Source of the DNA: Eledone cirrhosa
Taxonomy: Eukaryota
DNA length: 64,000 nt
NCBI GenBank assembly: GCA_964016885.1
Contig: OZ024743.1
Coordinates: forward strand, 347,324,001 to 347,388,000
Reading direction: 5' to 3'
Below, piece after piece: positions 1 to 15,065 of this stretch. The translations under genes and the position numbers were made by a program. Position 1 is the stretch's first letter; each line of letters starts with the position of its first letter. Under the pieces are notes generated by a model, which was given only the letters and a program-made list of their open reading frames with translations, searched no databases and was not told the DNA's origin.

Positions 1-212
1 ATCATTCTCTCTGCCACAGAGTGTATTTAATCAACGCCTAGTATATGTCAGTAAGTAGGGTACAGATTCACAAGGATTGACAAGTAAGTTGGCTTTGACG
101 GGATTTGAACGTAACGCGCAAAGAGGCGTAAACTAAAATCAACAAGCCATTCAACTGATTCAGTCATCTAGCAACATATAAGATAGCTAAATCCTTAGAA
201 CATGTTAAAATA

Positions 213-388
213 ACTGTTTCTACTTTTAGGCACAAGGCCAGCAATTACCCAGTGCATTACCGGTACTTTATTTTATCGACCCCGTAAGGATGAAAGGCAA
301 AGTCAACCTCGGCGGGATTTGAACTCAGATCGTAAAGGGACGTAACTATGCTGGAAAGCATGGCGTCCGACCCTCTACTGATACTGCC
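213..388 (-). mobile_element. tRNA-derived SINE (dominant family in this window)
   Basis: Reverse complement has an A-box-like TGGCAGTATCAGTAGAG, a B-box GAGTTCAAATCCC, the body GACTTTGCCTTTCATCC...GGGGTCGATAAAATAAAGTACC and a tail ending GTAGAAACA; repeated many times in the window. Confidence 0.9.
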
Positions 389-472
389 AAATAACATGTG
401 ATATTTGGTTACGGCTCTTTACGTTCTGATTTCGAATCATGCCGAGATTAATTTCTCCTATTATCCTTCTAA

Positions 473-735
473 GTGGAGTCACGTGGCCTAGTGGGAAGGC
501 TGTTAGACTTACGATCATAATGTCGTGGTTTCGATTCCTGGGTCGTGTGCTGTGTTCTTGAGCAAAACACTTCATTACACGTTGCTCCAATATACTCGGC
601 TGAAAATGAGTACCAGCAATAGCTGGAGGTTTAACCCTGCGATGGACTGGCGTCCAGGGGGAAGTCTTGTACTCTCAGTCGCTTCACGCCATGAAACCGG
701 GATAAGCACCATCCAAATGAGCCTTCTGGCTTAAG
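473..735 (+). mobile_element. Second tRNA-derived SINE family (CORE/V-domain-like centre)
   Basis: A-box GTGGCCTAGTGG, B-box GGTTTCGATTCC, then TTCTTGAGCAAAACACTTCA and AACCCTGCGATGGACTGGCGTCC, resembling conserved central domains of metazoan SINEs. Confidence 0.75.
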
Positions 736-1084
736 ACAGACTTTAGACTTTTTAGATTATCCCTCTAAAGAGTTCAAGAAAATATAGTGCCTGTCAAGTC
801 CCGAGGTCAATTTAATTGACTATATCGTTCCTTCATGTACTGAGTCTAATGGAAATTATAATTTACGCGATAAAAAAAGAAAGGAATGATGGTGATGGAC
901 GGTACCAAAAAACGGGACAGCAGCAAGTAATGTTAATTATAGGAAATAATATATAAAAATTTCTAATTAATTTCTCAAAGAATTATAAAATAAACAAAAA
1001 TTAATACGGTTTATGTAGTTGTCAGTATTATTTTATATATTTTTCTTGTTAGTAGTACCAGATACAGCAACATCAGCAACAGCC

Positions 1085-1094
1085 GTAGTAGTAA

Positions 1095-1165
<71 letters not shown>
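1085..1165. repeat. (GTA)n microsatellite
   Basis: Direct observation; explains the poly-Val ORF. Confidence 0.98.
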
Positions 1166-1538
1166 TTTCGTGGTGACGGATGCGACAGGAACAATAGTGA
1201 TATTGATCACGGTGTAATTGTTTTTTTTTTTGTCTTACGTACTTCAGTACTATTACTGTTGTCTTTGGTGATGGTCATTAGTAGGTCGATTTTTGCAGAA
1301 ATAATGGGAAATTCCATAGTTTTCTTGTTTGCATCATTCTACAAATAAGTTGCAAATTCGTTTTGTTGTAGTTTATATCATTGGTGGTGCGACTACTGTT
1401 GGCTTTGCTTGTTGTTTTTCCGGTAGCTTTTATTTCGCAGCAAAATAAGTAGTGAAAACTTCCCATTTCTCCTCAGACCACCCACTTTACAATTGGGTGT
1501 ATATATTTACCTAACATGCACATAGATATATAGTAGCC

Positions 1539-1665
<127 letters not shown>

Positions 1666-1741
1666 GGGACGTAGAAAAATAAACATATATATACATTAAA
1701 ACAAGTCGCACACACATATATACACACGCACAAACACACAC

Positions 1742-1789
<48 letters not shown>

Positions 1790-2327
1790 TTACATATAAA
1801 TATCCCTCTGCTAATTTACACGCATGCACGCGCGTGCGCAGTGAGAGAGGGCGAGAGAGAAAAGCAAACATGTAAATAAACAAATATAACATTATTGAAT
1901 AAACAAATCAAGATATGTTGCAGAAAATGAAATGTCTAAATGATTGATAATTGCTCGCTTGAACTCCGACCTCCGATATCCATCTGTGCAAGGGGCATGA
2001 TGAGTGGGAGTGGTAGAGAATACACCTCTTGTGATGTGATGCTGTAAGGTTAAAGATGTGTCTAACCTATTGAACTCAGCTGCACCACTTTTCAACACAA
2101 GACAGTTACAATATCATACGAATGCCGAAGAAAAATGGCCGAGGAAAAATGAAATTATTCCATGTGACGTCAGATTACCATCCACTCCCTCTCTTCCTTC
2201 GACATCTCTTCCAATTTGGTTTGAATTCTTATTCTTCTTTCCCTCATGCGACTCCCTCTCTGTTGCCGTATATTGTTTAAGAGGAATTATTTAAATTTTT
2301 TTTTTTTCATTAGCATTATTATTATTA

Positions 2328-2726
2328 CTAGCAGAAAAACCACCCGAAGGTTTTTCTGTGTAGTGTGTATACTGATATTATACGCAAGTATATATACATG
2401 TACATATGATACATCAAATAAAATCGCAATTGACAATATATAATCCATGATACATTAAAAAAGACGATATTATATATGAACTGCATTAGGAGAAATTTAG
2501 TGACAGAAAATTAGCGATGGCCAACCGGAAGTGTTGACATTTCAGAAATGTTAAAGAAGTGAATCTTTAAATAAACAATATATATTTAATCAACATCCAC
2601 GAAATTTAGTAGATAAGTTATGTAATACATTCATTATTTATTCAAAGTAATTCAACTTATTTTACTAATGGGATAAAAAAAAAAACAGTACGCAGTCCCG
2701 CAGACCTTCCTTTATTATAGTTTAGA
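2328..2726 (-). mobile_element. Non-autonomous Helitron
   Basis: Minus strand starts TC (TCTAAACTATAATAAAG) and ends CTAG after a subterminal hairpin CAGAAAAACC...GGTTTTTCTG; inserted between A and T with no target-site duplication (TSD). Confidence 0.75.
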
Positions 2727-4559
2727 TATTTGTGATCAGCAGGATAAACATTAGCATCATTAGCAGCAGCAGCAACAACAACAGCAATATATCTGCTTTA
2801 GTTACAAATATATACATATATAAGCCTATCCTTACATATCTGATTACATACTGCTAAACACAATCTACACATAAATACAGAAGCCCTCACGTGTGTGTGT
2901 GTCTCGTTAAATGAATGAATTAATATATAAATAATTATTTTGTTCTACATCTTATACCTGTCTTTTCTCCAGTTAATGCTTGTGCTTTAATAATTGTCTC
3001 TACTACTGGCACAAGACAAGACTCTATGCTGCAAAGCATGGTGTCTGATTCTCTACCAATACTGCTTATCTGGGGCTGCCACACCCTCAATACATCATAT
3101 GTACAACAAAAGATCACACTATCGCTAATATAAATGCCAACATCCCCAATGCCTTAAGGAATACCCACATATAACATTGTACAACCTGCATACACAAAAA
3201 TATGTTTCCAAATCAAGGACAGAACATACTTCAGACTGAGCAGTTGTTAACCTTCTTGAAATCTTGGAATACTGCCTTTATAGCTATGCATTGTGAAATG
3301 ATTTAGTCTGTAGTCAAACACTTTACTCAATGAACCAATGACGGAGCCTTTGTCTCTTGGATTTAGAAGGTGGAGCGCTTGCTTCAAAGGAAATGTAGAT
3401 TGAGAGGGGAGATAGGGGACAATTTATACTGAATTTTGCATATTTTTATTTTGAGGGTGGTATCAAATATTTTTAGGCGTTGAAGTGAGATAGAAAACAA
3501 AATAAAAAGTTTTAAGAATCACTGGTATATATAGTTTATTGACGAAGTTTTCTGCAATCCACACCCTTGGAAAGATCGACTAATGTATTCCTACTCATAC
3601 TACAAAAAATGATCTGAAAGTAACAATGAGTCTTGAAGGCTGGATTTCCTTTGATTATATTTGTACTTATTCAGAGTTCACATGAGGATAAACAACAACT
3701 AATGAGCATTCTATTGATCAATCATGTTCCAGCAACAGATGCAGCCAGTGTGCCACGCTAGATGCTTTCTACAGACACGTAATTCTGAGAGAGCATCAGC
3801 TTGACAAAATGTGTTACAAGAATGATCTTTTTTAATTACATATATATGCCTGCAATTCACTATAATTGATTTACAATCCCACAAAATAACAAATCCAAGC
3901 TAGCCAGCAAAGACACTAAACACTTTTTGGCTTCACACTACCGAGATTATAAGACTACGTCTCTCAATAATGCTTCAAATTTGTATACACTAAACTGCAC
4001 AAATTTAACCCAGTATCTTCATTTATTACTTTCTATCCACCTAACTTTCGATTAGGCAATCATATTGACCAAGGTACGTATTTCAGACTACTATTTATTC
4101 TATCGATCTCAGTAGTCGAACTGCTAAGTACTAATATTTTACGATACATAAAGACACACAAACATAACCAACAAAATATTTAGTTCATAAACATGAATAT
4201 ATATATATGTGTGTAAGGTATTGGTCAACCTGAGTGTGTAGTATACTTGCAATTAAGAATAAATACACTTGCTGTTTTGTACATCTCTTCCGTCTTTACT
4301 CACGCAATTTTCTTTTGTTTATAACTTTTACTTCTAGTTCCTTCAATCTCTCCCTCTCTTTCTCACTCATTTACTCTCTTCCTATTTTCTTTCTCTCTCT
4401 GTCTCTCTCCTTCTCCATTCCTTTCTCACTCTCTTAGTCACTCACTCTTTCTCACTTTTTTCCGCTTTCTCTATCTTTCCACCTCTTACAACATCAAAGA
4501 GTTTCCTTAAGTAGCAATAAGGACGATTATAACAACGTAAAATTAACGTTATGTTTATC

Positions 4560-4798
4560 TCCGTGATCATCATAATCATCATTATCATCATCATCTTTGT
4601 CGTTGTCGTCATCATCATCACCTTCACCACTAGCGCCGTCATCAACCTCATCAAAAGCAATAGTACGATCAAGTATGTCCTTAACAACAAAATCAACAAC
4701 ATCATCATCATCATCATCTCATCATACTCGCCACCACCAACACTAACACCCTCACTATCTTCATCATCCTCATCATCATAATCATCATCATCACCACC

Positions 4799-4830
<32 letters not shown>

Positions 4831-4850
4831 CAACATTAAAACCCCAAAAT
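4560..4850. repeat. Degenerate (CAT)n/(CAC)n/(CAA)n trinucleotide tract
   Basis: Direct observation. Confidence 0.9.
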
Positions 4851-4900
4851 AACAGAACAGCAGCATTCAAGACAAACATAAATAGAGATTCTGACTGTTT

Positions 4901-4942
<42 letters not shown>

Positions 4943-5099
4943 TCTCTCACACACACTCTGTGTGTGCCTATGTGTGTGTGTAACGAGGAAGCTTTTATAT
5001 TGTTGTTCGATTATATTATTGTTCGACATCAAGTAAAGGCAGTATATGAGAAGAATATAATGTTAAGATGATATATTAGTTCACTGGTTGATATAGTTG

Positions 5100-7120
5100 A
5101 AAACAGTCTTAACTATTCGGAGGATAGTCCTTCATCGGAAAAAAAATGGTTTAGAGAGAGAAGTAGTAGAAAGAGAAATATATATAAGGGTAGAAACAAA
5201 ACGAGGGAAATTTAAATAGAAGGGAATGCAAGTGTTGTTATTCAGCCGTCTGGATATTGTCCATGCGTATGTATCTTTCTACGTGTGTGTGTATATTTGT
5301 TTGCGTATAATGTATGTGACTATATGTATGTGTATGGATTGTATTTATGCATTTGATTAAATATTCATTAATGCATGTGCAACATTCTGCATATATGTGC
5401 TATTGTCTATTCTCTCTGCATATGTGTGGCCATGTATGTATTTTGTCCATGTGTATGCGTATTTTTATGTGTACGTTCATAAATATATATATATATGGAT
5501 GTGTATGTATGCGTGTTTCAGTCTATGTATGTATATATGTATGTATGTGACTGTATTTAGCTGTGTGTAGTGCGTCCATTTGTCCAGGCCTCAATATTTC
5601 TCTGTTCTGTCCTGTCATCGGCTGATTAGTTCCCGACATCGATCTCAAGGAATCTCGAATACTTCGTTTACTCCCTACATTTACTGCCTTACACATTTTC
5701 CTGTTCCTTATTCTCCCATCGTGATTCACACCCCTCCCCTTCACCTGCTCCCCTCTTCTATTCTTACTAACCAAGTGTGGGCCGCTTCGACAAATAGCTT
5801 TGGGTTGTATAGCATATTGTTGGGTTATTGAGAATTCCGTCATATTGTTTTTGTTGATGATGGTGGTAGTGGCGAGGGTGTCGATTATGTATTTGTTGTT
5901 GTTGGTGGTGGTGGTGGTGTTAATTGTGATCGCAGTTATATTAGTGGTGAGTGGTGGGGTTAATGGTGATGGTATTTCTTTGATAGTGGTGGTGGTGATG
6001 ATGATGTTACATTGTCGAGTTGGTAGTCCTCAGGTGGTATGTATATGGTTGTTGTTGGTAGTTCTATAGCGGTGTTCTCAATTAGCATTGGCGGTAGTTC
6101 CATGGTTGTAGTAGTAATAACATTGTTGCGTTGGTAATGTTAGTAAATGCGGTATTGTTGGTAGCTCTGTTGTATCGTTAGTAGTGGTGTTAGGGTTATT
6201 TCTCTCGTCAGTGTGTTGATGGTAATATTGGCGCTATTAGCGTTGTCGGCAGCTCTGCGACAGTGTGCTGATGATGTTAATGTTGGTTGTAGTGGTGATA
6301 TTGGTGATAGTTTTGTGATAGAGTTAATGACGTTAGTAGTACTAATGGATATAACTCTCTGTTGGGTATAGTTATTGCTGTTGGTAATAGATATGTCGAG
6401 ATGTTGGTTGTGGCTTTGTGGTGGTGTTGTTATTCGCTCTATGAATGTGGTGGCATTGCGGAGGTGAGGTTACTCGTATATGTTCAAGAAGAATATCACT
6501 CGAAACGAGCTCACTACTTTCAAGTATTTAGGTAATACTCTAAAGATCATAGGCTCAAATTCTTCCTGCAAACCCAAACCAGTACAAAGTAAAGAAAACC
6601 CAACCCCAGTCACATTCAACATCACTACAACCTCCACCAATATCACTGTGACCATCACTTCAACCACCTTGACCACCAAAACAATCACCACAATCATATT
6701 CACTCCCACCAATCCCACCGTCATTACCACAGCCATCACCAGCAACAACACACACAACCAGTATCACGACCAAAGAAACTATGAATATATGATAAATCTA
6801 TGTGCATGCTTAATATAGTTCTGGTTCTCTGCGGATAAGAAGATGACGTTTCTCGGTCGGAAAGCCGTCGATCATATGTTTGCTCAATCAGGGTTATTCT
6901 GCATTTAAACATCAGCGAAAACACTAACAAAACGATCGAACAAACTACCCTCAGCCTAGCCACTCGACAGTCTTGGGATAGCAATAAATGAGCCCTCGAT
7001 TCATCAACTTGGAAAATGATACGTCGAATATTGTGAATCAGCGTTTCTATGAACTGGAAGTAAATATGGGATAGTCTTGACTGGAATGCCTTCGATCGTA
7101 TGTCTGGTTGAGCAAGGCTG
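5100..7120 (-). mobile_element. Possible highly decayed Penelope-like 3' remnant, interrupted by low-complexity tracts
   Basis: Minus-strand peptides LIEQTYDRRLSDR...LSMHID and EPMIFRVLP...FFLNIYE weakly resemble a GIY-YIG C-terminal half; a degenerate HHR-like CCGATGA-A-GGA..TCC-GAAT lies on minus near 5115-5138. Confidence 0.3.
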
Positions 7121-8393
7121 ACATGGGGTTAAATAACAATACTAACTGCAAGATCATCATGGGCATCATCAATGATACTACGACCAGAACAACTAACACT
7201 ACCAACACCAATACTACCATCATTGTCAATACGACAATCACTAATTCCCTCCGCTGTTTTGCCATATTTTCTCGCTAAACTCCCTTCTCCCATTGCCGCT
7301 TCCTCCACTCAAAACTTCCTTCTTTCATGAGACATCTCGGGCATGTTGAGGGCGTCTGCCGTATTTCGTGTGTTCATACCAAGATTTCACTACAATCTCT
7401 CACCCTCCTTCTACATCCTATAATCACCTACCCCTAACCATTACAGCCATTATTTCTATTTCCGCCAACATACTATACCACGCTCCCTCTCCTAGCAACT
7501 CGCTTGACTGCTTCTTTAGCCTCTTACACCTCAACCCTCACCCCTCGAACATGTCACGTGACTGTTCTATATTTTATCTTCCTTCGGTGGTCAAATACTT
7601 GACAGAAGAAGGCTTTTTTATGTACACGTGTGTTTGCTCACGTACATACATTCAACCAGGAGGAGAAAGAAGCGTAATATAGTAGCATATATATAACATG
7701 TTTATGTATAGTAAATACTTTCGAGGTCAACCTTTCATTTTTTCGAGGTCGATATATACAATACCAGTCTAGTAGTGTATGTGATCGATTCTTCTTCTAT
7801 ATATATTTTTTTCATTTTCTTTCCCTCACCGCATCTCTCAGTTGTTTCCTGGTCGAATATTAAGCTGTGATCATATCAGGGATACCCACGCATCCGCAGG
7901 AACACGATACATACTAATATTTCAGGATCATTAATTCATCACCAGTGACGACTACAAACTCGGTACTTAGGTTGAGGTGCCAATAAATTTTATATATAGA
8001 TTTTACAGATAATACATGTTTGATGATGTTTATTTTCATATGCAGGCTTGACTACCTTGCAGCAATAGAAATGCATATGGAAGCATATATATTTATGAAT
8101 AATAATCATACATAGTCTCAGTCTGACTATTTTAAGCTTTGTTCGCATTAGAGCTACCACAATGAGAGAACGTCACATTTCACGATCGTTATTACATCAT
8201 ACGCGATGCCTACTCAATAGGCAGTAAGGTTGAGAAGCAAATGCTTCTTATGTATAGATTTTACAAATGATACATTTTTGATAATGTGTAGTTGCATCAT
8301 GGACTAAACGTTAGCGATGCTTCAATATACGCATAAATTCTGGATCAGGCTGTGTCAAAGATATTGCATATATATATATATATATTTTTTTTG

Positions 8394-8430
<37 letters not shown>

Positions 8431-9287
8431 ATAAGGGCTGGAATGTCTTCGAATATTGGTCTACTCAAATAGTCCTCGCTTGAGTATGAACGACAGCAGC
8501 AACAAGAGAAATAACCCTCTCCCCTTCAAAAAAAGCCTCAGGGATACCATCAACAGTAGTAAGTGTTCAAAAAGAAATAATGTATATTCGTTTATATTAT
8601 TTTATCTGCTCCAGCCAATGGGCTGCAGTAAGCTGGGTCACCACCTTTACTGATGCTGCTGTTTTTCCCGCTCCCTTCTTTGTGGTAGGTATTTGGAGAT
8701 TTATGGAATTTAATACTGCTTCCCACTGTTATGTTTCTTGCTGTGAGGTAGGCTAACCCTTTTGATACCACACCGCCTCTCGTTCTATTTTAATTTTTTT
8801 TTTAATATTTATTTTGAAGTGTTTATATTTCTCTAAAGACATTCACTCTTAATATTTTGACTAAACAGTAAACAATAAAAATAATATCTTGAAGCATCGG
8901 TGATGCCTCTCACACGTCACCGACAGCTGATCTTAAGCAAAAATAATATTACCAGCAGCGTCAAAACCAAACCAAACACACACAAAATATTATAAACAAT
9001 ATAACCCACACGAGCAAGAGACCTATGGGCTAGATAGCAACAATTATACACATTTTTAGACTAATGATAACAGTAATTCTCTGACCAAGAGCAACATAAA
9101 TTTAGACCAACTGTAACAACAGCAACAACGTCTAGACCACCAACAATAGAAACATCATCAATGTTTAAAACCATAGATGCCTCAAGATAAACCTAGCCTC
9201 AGAACAATGGACATTGCCTGTTTGTTTTGAAATTGCATACATTGTTACGAAGTGGTTATTTAGTAGTAGCGGTGGTATTGGTTTATC

Positions 9288-9328
<41 letters not shown>

Positions 9329-9832
9329 ACTTAATATTGCTGTTGTTTTCGTTCCAGTTTAGATACTGGGCATCATCAATCGAGTTGATATGTGATAAGT
9401 TATAATAGGGAGCGTCATATTTTTATTTTTAAGACGGTAAAGAAGGTGTGTGTGTGTGTGTGGGGGGGGGGTATGGGTCAGCGAACATGCCATTTACTGC
9501 TATCTAAGTTGGTAGAACAAGAAGAGTGTACTGCACAAGCCCAACGTCCTGAGAATGAATAGCAAGGGCAATTTTAAGCAGAGTGGCTTTTGTGGGTGGA
9601 ATGACAGAGTCTGGGAGACTAGAAATATCCATGACTGTGTGAAACGAGTTAGCTAGAAATGAAGGGTTCACAGACCACTATTTCAGTGTGCAATCCGTTG
9701 TTGGTAATGGAAAATATACGCAAACTACACACACACCAGTCAAAGAATCAAATTATGAATCTGTTGATGTATCACCCAATTTATCTCTCCACCTATATAT
9801 CAACTTATTTATTATTTCTCCCCCCCTCTCTC

Positions 9833-10000
<168 letters not shown>

Positions 10001-10105
10001 TGTCTGCATTCTGCATAATGGGTATGTATTTCTAACCTGATTAAATTATTGAGTGAGGAAGAGACGGCTGGAGTTATACCGTTTCTCTTCGATAACCTTT
10101 ATAAG

Positions 10106-10157
<52 letters not shown>

Positions 10158-10196
10158 TTAATAAGCTTTGTGCGTTAGAAATATAAACACACTACG

Positions 10197-10500
10197 CCAG
10201 GTCCAGAGATTTAAACCTTGGTGGAGCCCGTGGTACTTCAAGTTTTTCGGCGCCCTTCATTCACATTAAAAGAAAATAAATACACAGCAAACCCCAATTT
10301 TACACATCAAATTCAGCTTGGCGCAAGAATTTGTAATTGAAATGTTATACATATAGGTATAGAATTCAAAACCACTAACAATCCTAAAACAGAAAAGTCC
10401 AAGAGAGGACACAAACAATTTGCTACGGCCGTCACTGATGGGACCGCACGCTGCAGGGGTCCGGCGCAAGTGCCCAATTTGCCCTCCTTTAAATCCGCCA
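10197..10500. mobile_element. Possible MITE/non-autonomous DNA transposon remnant
   Basis: GC-rich ends with a degenerate inverted match (GATTTAAA ... TTTAAATC) around an AT-rich interior. Confidence 0.35.
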
Positions 10501-10829
10501 TATACTTTACTCTGTAAGATAAATACTACGTGTGAATAATGATAATGATATCTGTGTGTCATATAAACCCTGACTGATAAGCAGTTTTTGTGCTACAGTC
10601 TTACTACAATAGTTCCAAGTGCAACCAGTATTCACAGTAGTTAGGTAACATCTGCAGACATTGCATACAACTCACTGGAGGTACTTCTTCAGCTGGTGAT
10701 CGCCTCTAATAAATGGAAAGGTTTGTTAGAACGAATCATACACATCCAGTCACTGGCATCACTACTGCAGCAGTTTGAGATATCTATCTATTTATCTCCC
10801 GCTCCTCCTCCTTATCTCTCTCTCACTCA

Positions 10830-11241
<412 letters not shown>

Positions 11242-11244
<3 letters not shown>

Positions 11245-11445
11245 CGAAGGAAATGTGGTAAGGAACCAGCTGCACCATAACGCACCAAAGTACTCAATAC
11301 TTAGGGTAGTAGAGTGGGTAATAGGAACGAGTAGGACCCCGACGGCTGAGCTCAAGCCGTTTCGACGGCTAATTCTGGACTAAATTCTGGACATAATTAT
11401 CCGTCGAAACGGCTTGAGCTCAGCCGTCGGGGTCCTACTCGTTCC

Positions 11446-11448
<3 letters not shown>
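11242..11448 (-). mobile_element. Short fold-back element in (TA)n, family B copy 1
   Basis: Arms 11321-11374 and 11395-11448, a tail of about 78 nt; further copies at 51076, 55237 and 58612, a variant at 46309 and a fragment at 11484-11520. Confidence 0.9.
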
Positions 11449-11476
<28 letters not shown>

Positions 11477-12176
11477 ATGTTTAACCCCGACGGCAGAGCT
11501 CAAGCCGTTTCGACGGCTATTATATATATCGATCTATCTATCACCCCTTTATCTTTCTACCCTCTCTCTCTCTTTCTGTCAACCTATCTATCTATCCATC
11601 TGTATACACATACACACACCCACATATATATATATATATAAGTGTGTATACCTTTATCTCTATCTATTTGTCTAACTGTCTGGCTACATATCTATCAATA
11701 TCCATATCTATCTATCTACATATTTATCAATCCTTTCCTCTCGCTTTCTCTCTCTCTGTCAGGCTATCTATCTACTTATCTATCTTTCTATTCCGCTATA
11801 TATAATTCACTCTATCTACCAATGCTCCCCAACCACATATCTACTTACCCACTCCATCTACACCTTCTCTCTGCTTTGTTCTCTCATTTAAAGCCACTCG
11901 ACAGGGAACGCTTCACTTGAACAGCAGAAAATGAAATTAGAGAATTTTTAATGACATCCTTGTTCCCTTTGAAGTGTTTCTTAGTAAATCTCTGTTGACT
12001 GTGTTGGACATAAACCACGTAGTTTTACTATAGACACAATCTAATAGTAGGGCTTACACATACAACTTACACACCAGAGAGCTATATAAATCTATATGAC
12101 TGATCATATTTTCTCTTGTATATGTGCACATACACTTTTACACAAACATGTCTATACACTTTTCTTTTCTTCGTTT

Positions 12177-12221
<45 letters not shown>

Positions 12222-12244
12222 ATGACCCTTCCCAAGAATAACAA

Positions 12245-12332
<88 letters not shown>

Positions 12333-13359
12333 CTCTGTATATATAGTTATATGGATATAAACGATGTACGCTTGTGAATAATGTAAAATTGAAAACAAAC
12401 AAATTATAAGAAGTAGAATGTAACTCCTACTTATAAGTATTGAACCCTTGTTATTCCTACTTATGAGGCAATTGCACAGCCAATTTAATGCCAGCAACTT
12501 AGACTTAAAAGGCAACAACTACTATTACTGAATGGGTAGATATTTGGACCTAATGTTTTGAAGCTTATCTGGCTAGCTAAATGTTCGTAGTTCAATCACT
12601 GCAATTGCTTATTTATTATTTTTGTGTATTTATTGTTTCGTCAATTGCAACTTCCACATTTTTTATCTTACCTTCCACTAGAAAAAAATGTTATTAACAT
12701 CAATAGCGTGCTTCGTATTGCGGGTTAACTGTTTAGAATTTCCATTATTCTTTATTTACTATTGTATTTTCATAGTAAAGACTTCACCTTACATAATTAT
12801 CTAACATAATATCGTATCTAGGAGATTTTGATATTATTTATTTTGAGAACAATACCTTAACATCAATATGAGTGACCAGATACAGGTAGTTTGAACAGAA
12901 AGAGGTGAGAGAATTCTGGTTTAAATGCTAAAGGGTTACAATATTTTGGGCTCATTATATTAAATATGTTGGCCGTCAATTAACTATATTTAAAATTAGA
13001 GTTGTTTTGACATACATTTTTTATTTTATTTGGCCTTTTTCTCCTAATCCTTCTCTCACTTTAACCCTGCAGTATCCAGAATACTTGACATAAGCTCAAG
13101 GTTAGCAGAAGAGAATTGGTGATCGATTATATAGATTGGGACGCTTTATCAATCTCAAAAGGATGAAAATTAAAGTCACCCACGTTAGGATACCAATTTA
13201 GAATGTAGAGGATCGACACTAAATTACACGAGGGTCCAACTATTAATGGTGTGTCAGGTTCTGTCCCACAGCGTGATAATATCGTCGCATGTGAAGTTCG
13301 GTGGACGAAAACTTTGTGGAGGCCTGTCGGATGAATTGTATCTCCATGTAAATCGAAAT

Positions 13360-13500
13360 TCGTCATAATGTCACGCTGATTCTAATTGACAATTAGGTCC
13401 AGGTTTCAGGCGTCTGTGGAATACTCAGCCACTGTGTATACTAATTCAATTAGTAGAACGCTGTAAATCGAGGAAGTACGTCATCACAACCGGGGAGTTC
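13360..13500 (-). mobile_element. Decayed SINE-like interspersed repeat
   Basis: Minus-strand GTGGCTGAGTATTCCACAGAC...TCAGCGTGACA resembles an octopod repeat as I recall it; not verified. Confidence 0.35.
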
Positions 13501-13745
13501 ATGTATAATAAACATACATGTAGGCATACATACATATGTATATAGGTAAAAGTATAGTGTGTGTGTGTGTGCGTGTGTGTGTATGTGTGTGTGTGGGTGT
13601 ATGTGTGCGTGTGTGTGTGTGTTGCTGAAGGAAGAAAAGCTTACAAGATATATCGAGAGAAAAAAAAAAACAAGCTTGTATACAGAATGTAATGGTATAT
13701 ATTTATATCAATGTACAGCGGTGCAATATGTGAATAAGCTTATAT

Positions 13746-13807
<62 letters not shown>

Positions 13808-14596
13808 ACACACACATATATATGCCTGTTAGCATGTATGTATGTATGTAAGTACATATGCTCGTATGTCAAAGTTCGTACAAATATCCGGTTATATTGG
13901 CGGTTTAAAGAAAGGAAGGAAGAAAAGCAATCCTGCTGTAAGTGACCTTAACTGTTTTAATATATACCTGTTGGTGGCGGTCACTGCGTCTATTTGAGAG
14001 TAAATGTTCTATGTATACAGGTGTGATTAATCATAATGTATATAGATCCAAAATGATTATTTTGTCCAGGTGAAATTGTTTCTGTTGTGTTCATAGCAAA
14101 GAACACAGGGTGATACAATTATAATTACACTACTCAACTTGTGGCTTCAGAAATGACAGGCATTAGATTCAAATTCTTTACAAGCGTTTGTTGTCATTTA
14201 CTTATTATTATAATATTGTTATGTTGTTTTTATTTCATTTTTTTTTTCCAGAACAATTTCTCTTTGATTTACTTCTGTTTTTTTCTCTGTACTTTCTATA
14301 TTTGTTTTTCATTATCTCGTTAATACTTTGAAATTATGGACATAGCAATTTATTATGTAATATTTTTTGTTAATATTGCTTATATTCAACATTTTCATTT
14401 TTTGCCTCGTATGTCATCATTTTCTTTCTCCCTCCCAAACATCCTCTCTTCTCTTCGCTTTGTTTCCATATTCCGATGAGGAACCAGCATCCGAAACATT
14501 ACAGCCTTTTTTTTTTCTGAATGCTTATAAGCATGTTACTTATATGACATTGTTTTACTGTGTTGTTAGATGCTTCCGATGTTTTAATGTTATACG

Positions 14597-14653
<57 letters not shown>

Positions 14654-14655
14654 TG

Positions 14656-14860
14656 AGAAATAGAATGAAAGCACACAAACAACGAACAGGTCCCCTCTTC
14701 GATTGGCTGCTGGGAGTCACGGATATTACAATGCATTAAAGTCAATAAGTCGGTCCCCAGCAGACAAATGAAGAGGAGACCTGTCTCTTGTTTGTGCTTT
14801 CCTTTTATTTCTAAATACACTTTATCAAGTGAGCACACAGCAACTTGTTCCTTCTCTCTC
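14656..14860 (+). mobile_element. Old fold-back element next to (TA)n (family G)
   Basis: Diverged inverted arms 14656-14714 and 14756-14812; related sequence at about 46500-46570. Confidence 0.65.
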
Positions 14861-14867
14861 TTCTCCC

Positions 14868-14925
<58 letters not shown>

Positions 14926-15009
14926 GACCTCCACCCATCCCAAATCACCACCTCCCCAACCAGCAGAAAACATACAAATACCACCATACCGCAATGATTG
15001 TTGTCTTTC

Positions 15010-15065
15010 CTGATGAGTTCCTTCGAATGAAACAGTTGTACTTCTGTAGAAGCCATTTCTATTTT
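15010..15065 (+). ncRNA. HHR-like core (family F)
   Basis: CTGATGA-GTTC-cttc-GAAT-GAAA-CAGTTGTA; stem I not evident; homologue at 52820. Confidence 0.45.

Noticed and set aside
213-735. tRNA genes
   Set aside because: A and B boxes are present but there is no cloverleaf; these are SINE heads.
6480-6818. Thr-rich mucin-like ORF
   Set aside because: Explained by degenerate (CAC/CAA)n sequence; no signal peptide or splice support.
11242-11448. Family B as a MITE or miRNA precursor
   Set aside because: The asymmetric tail, variable centre and locus-specific arms do not fit TIR elements, and there is no expression evidence for a miRNA.
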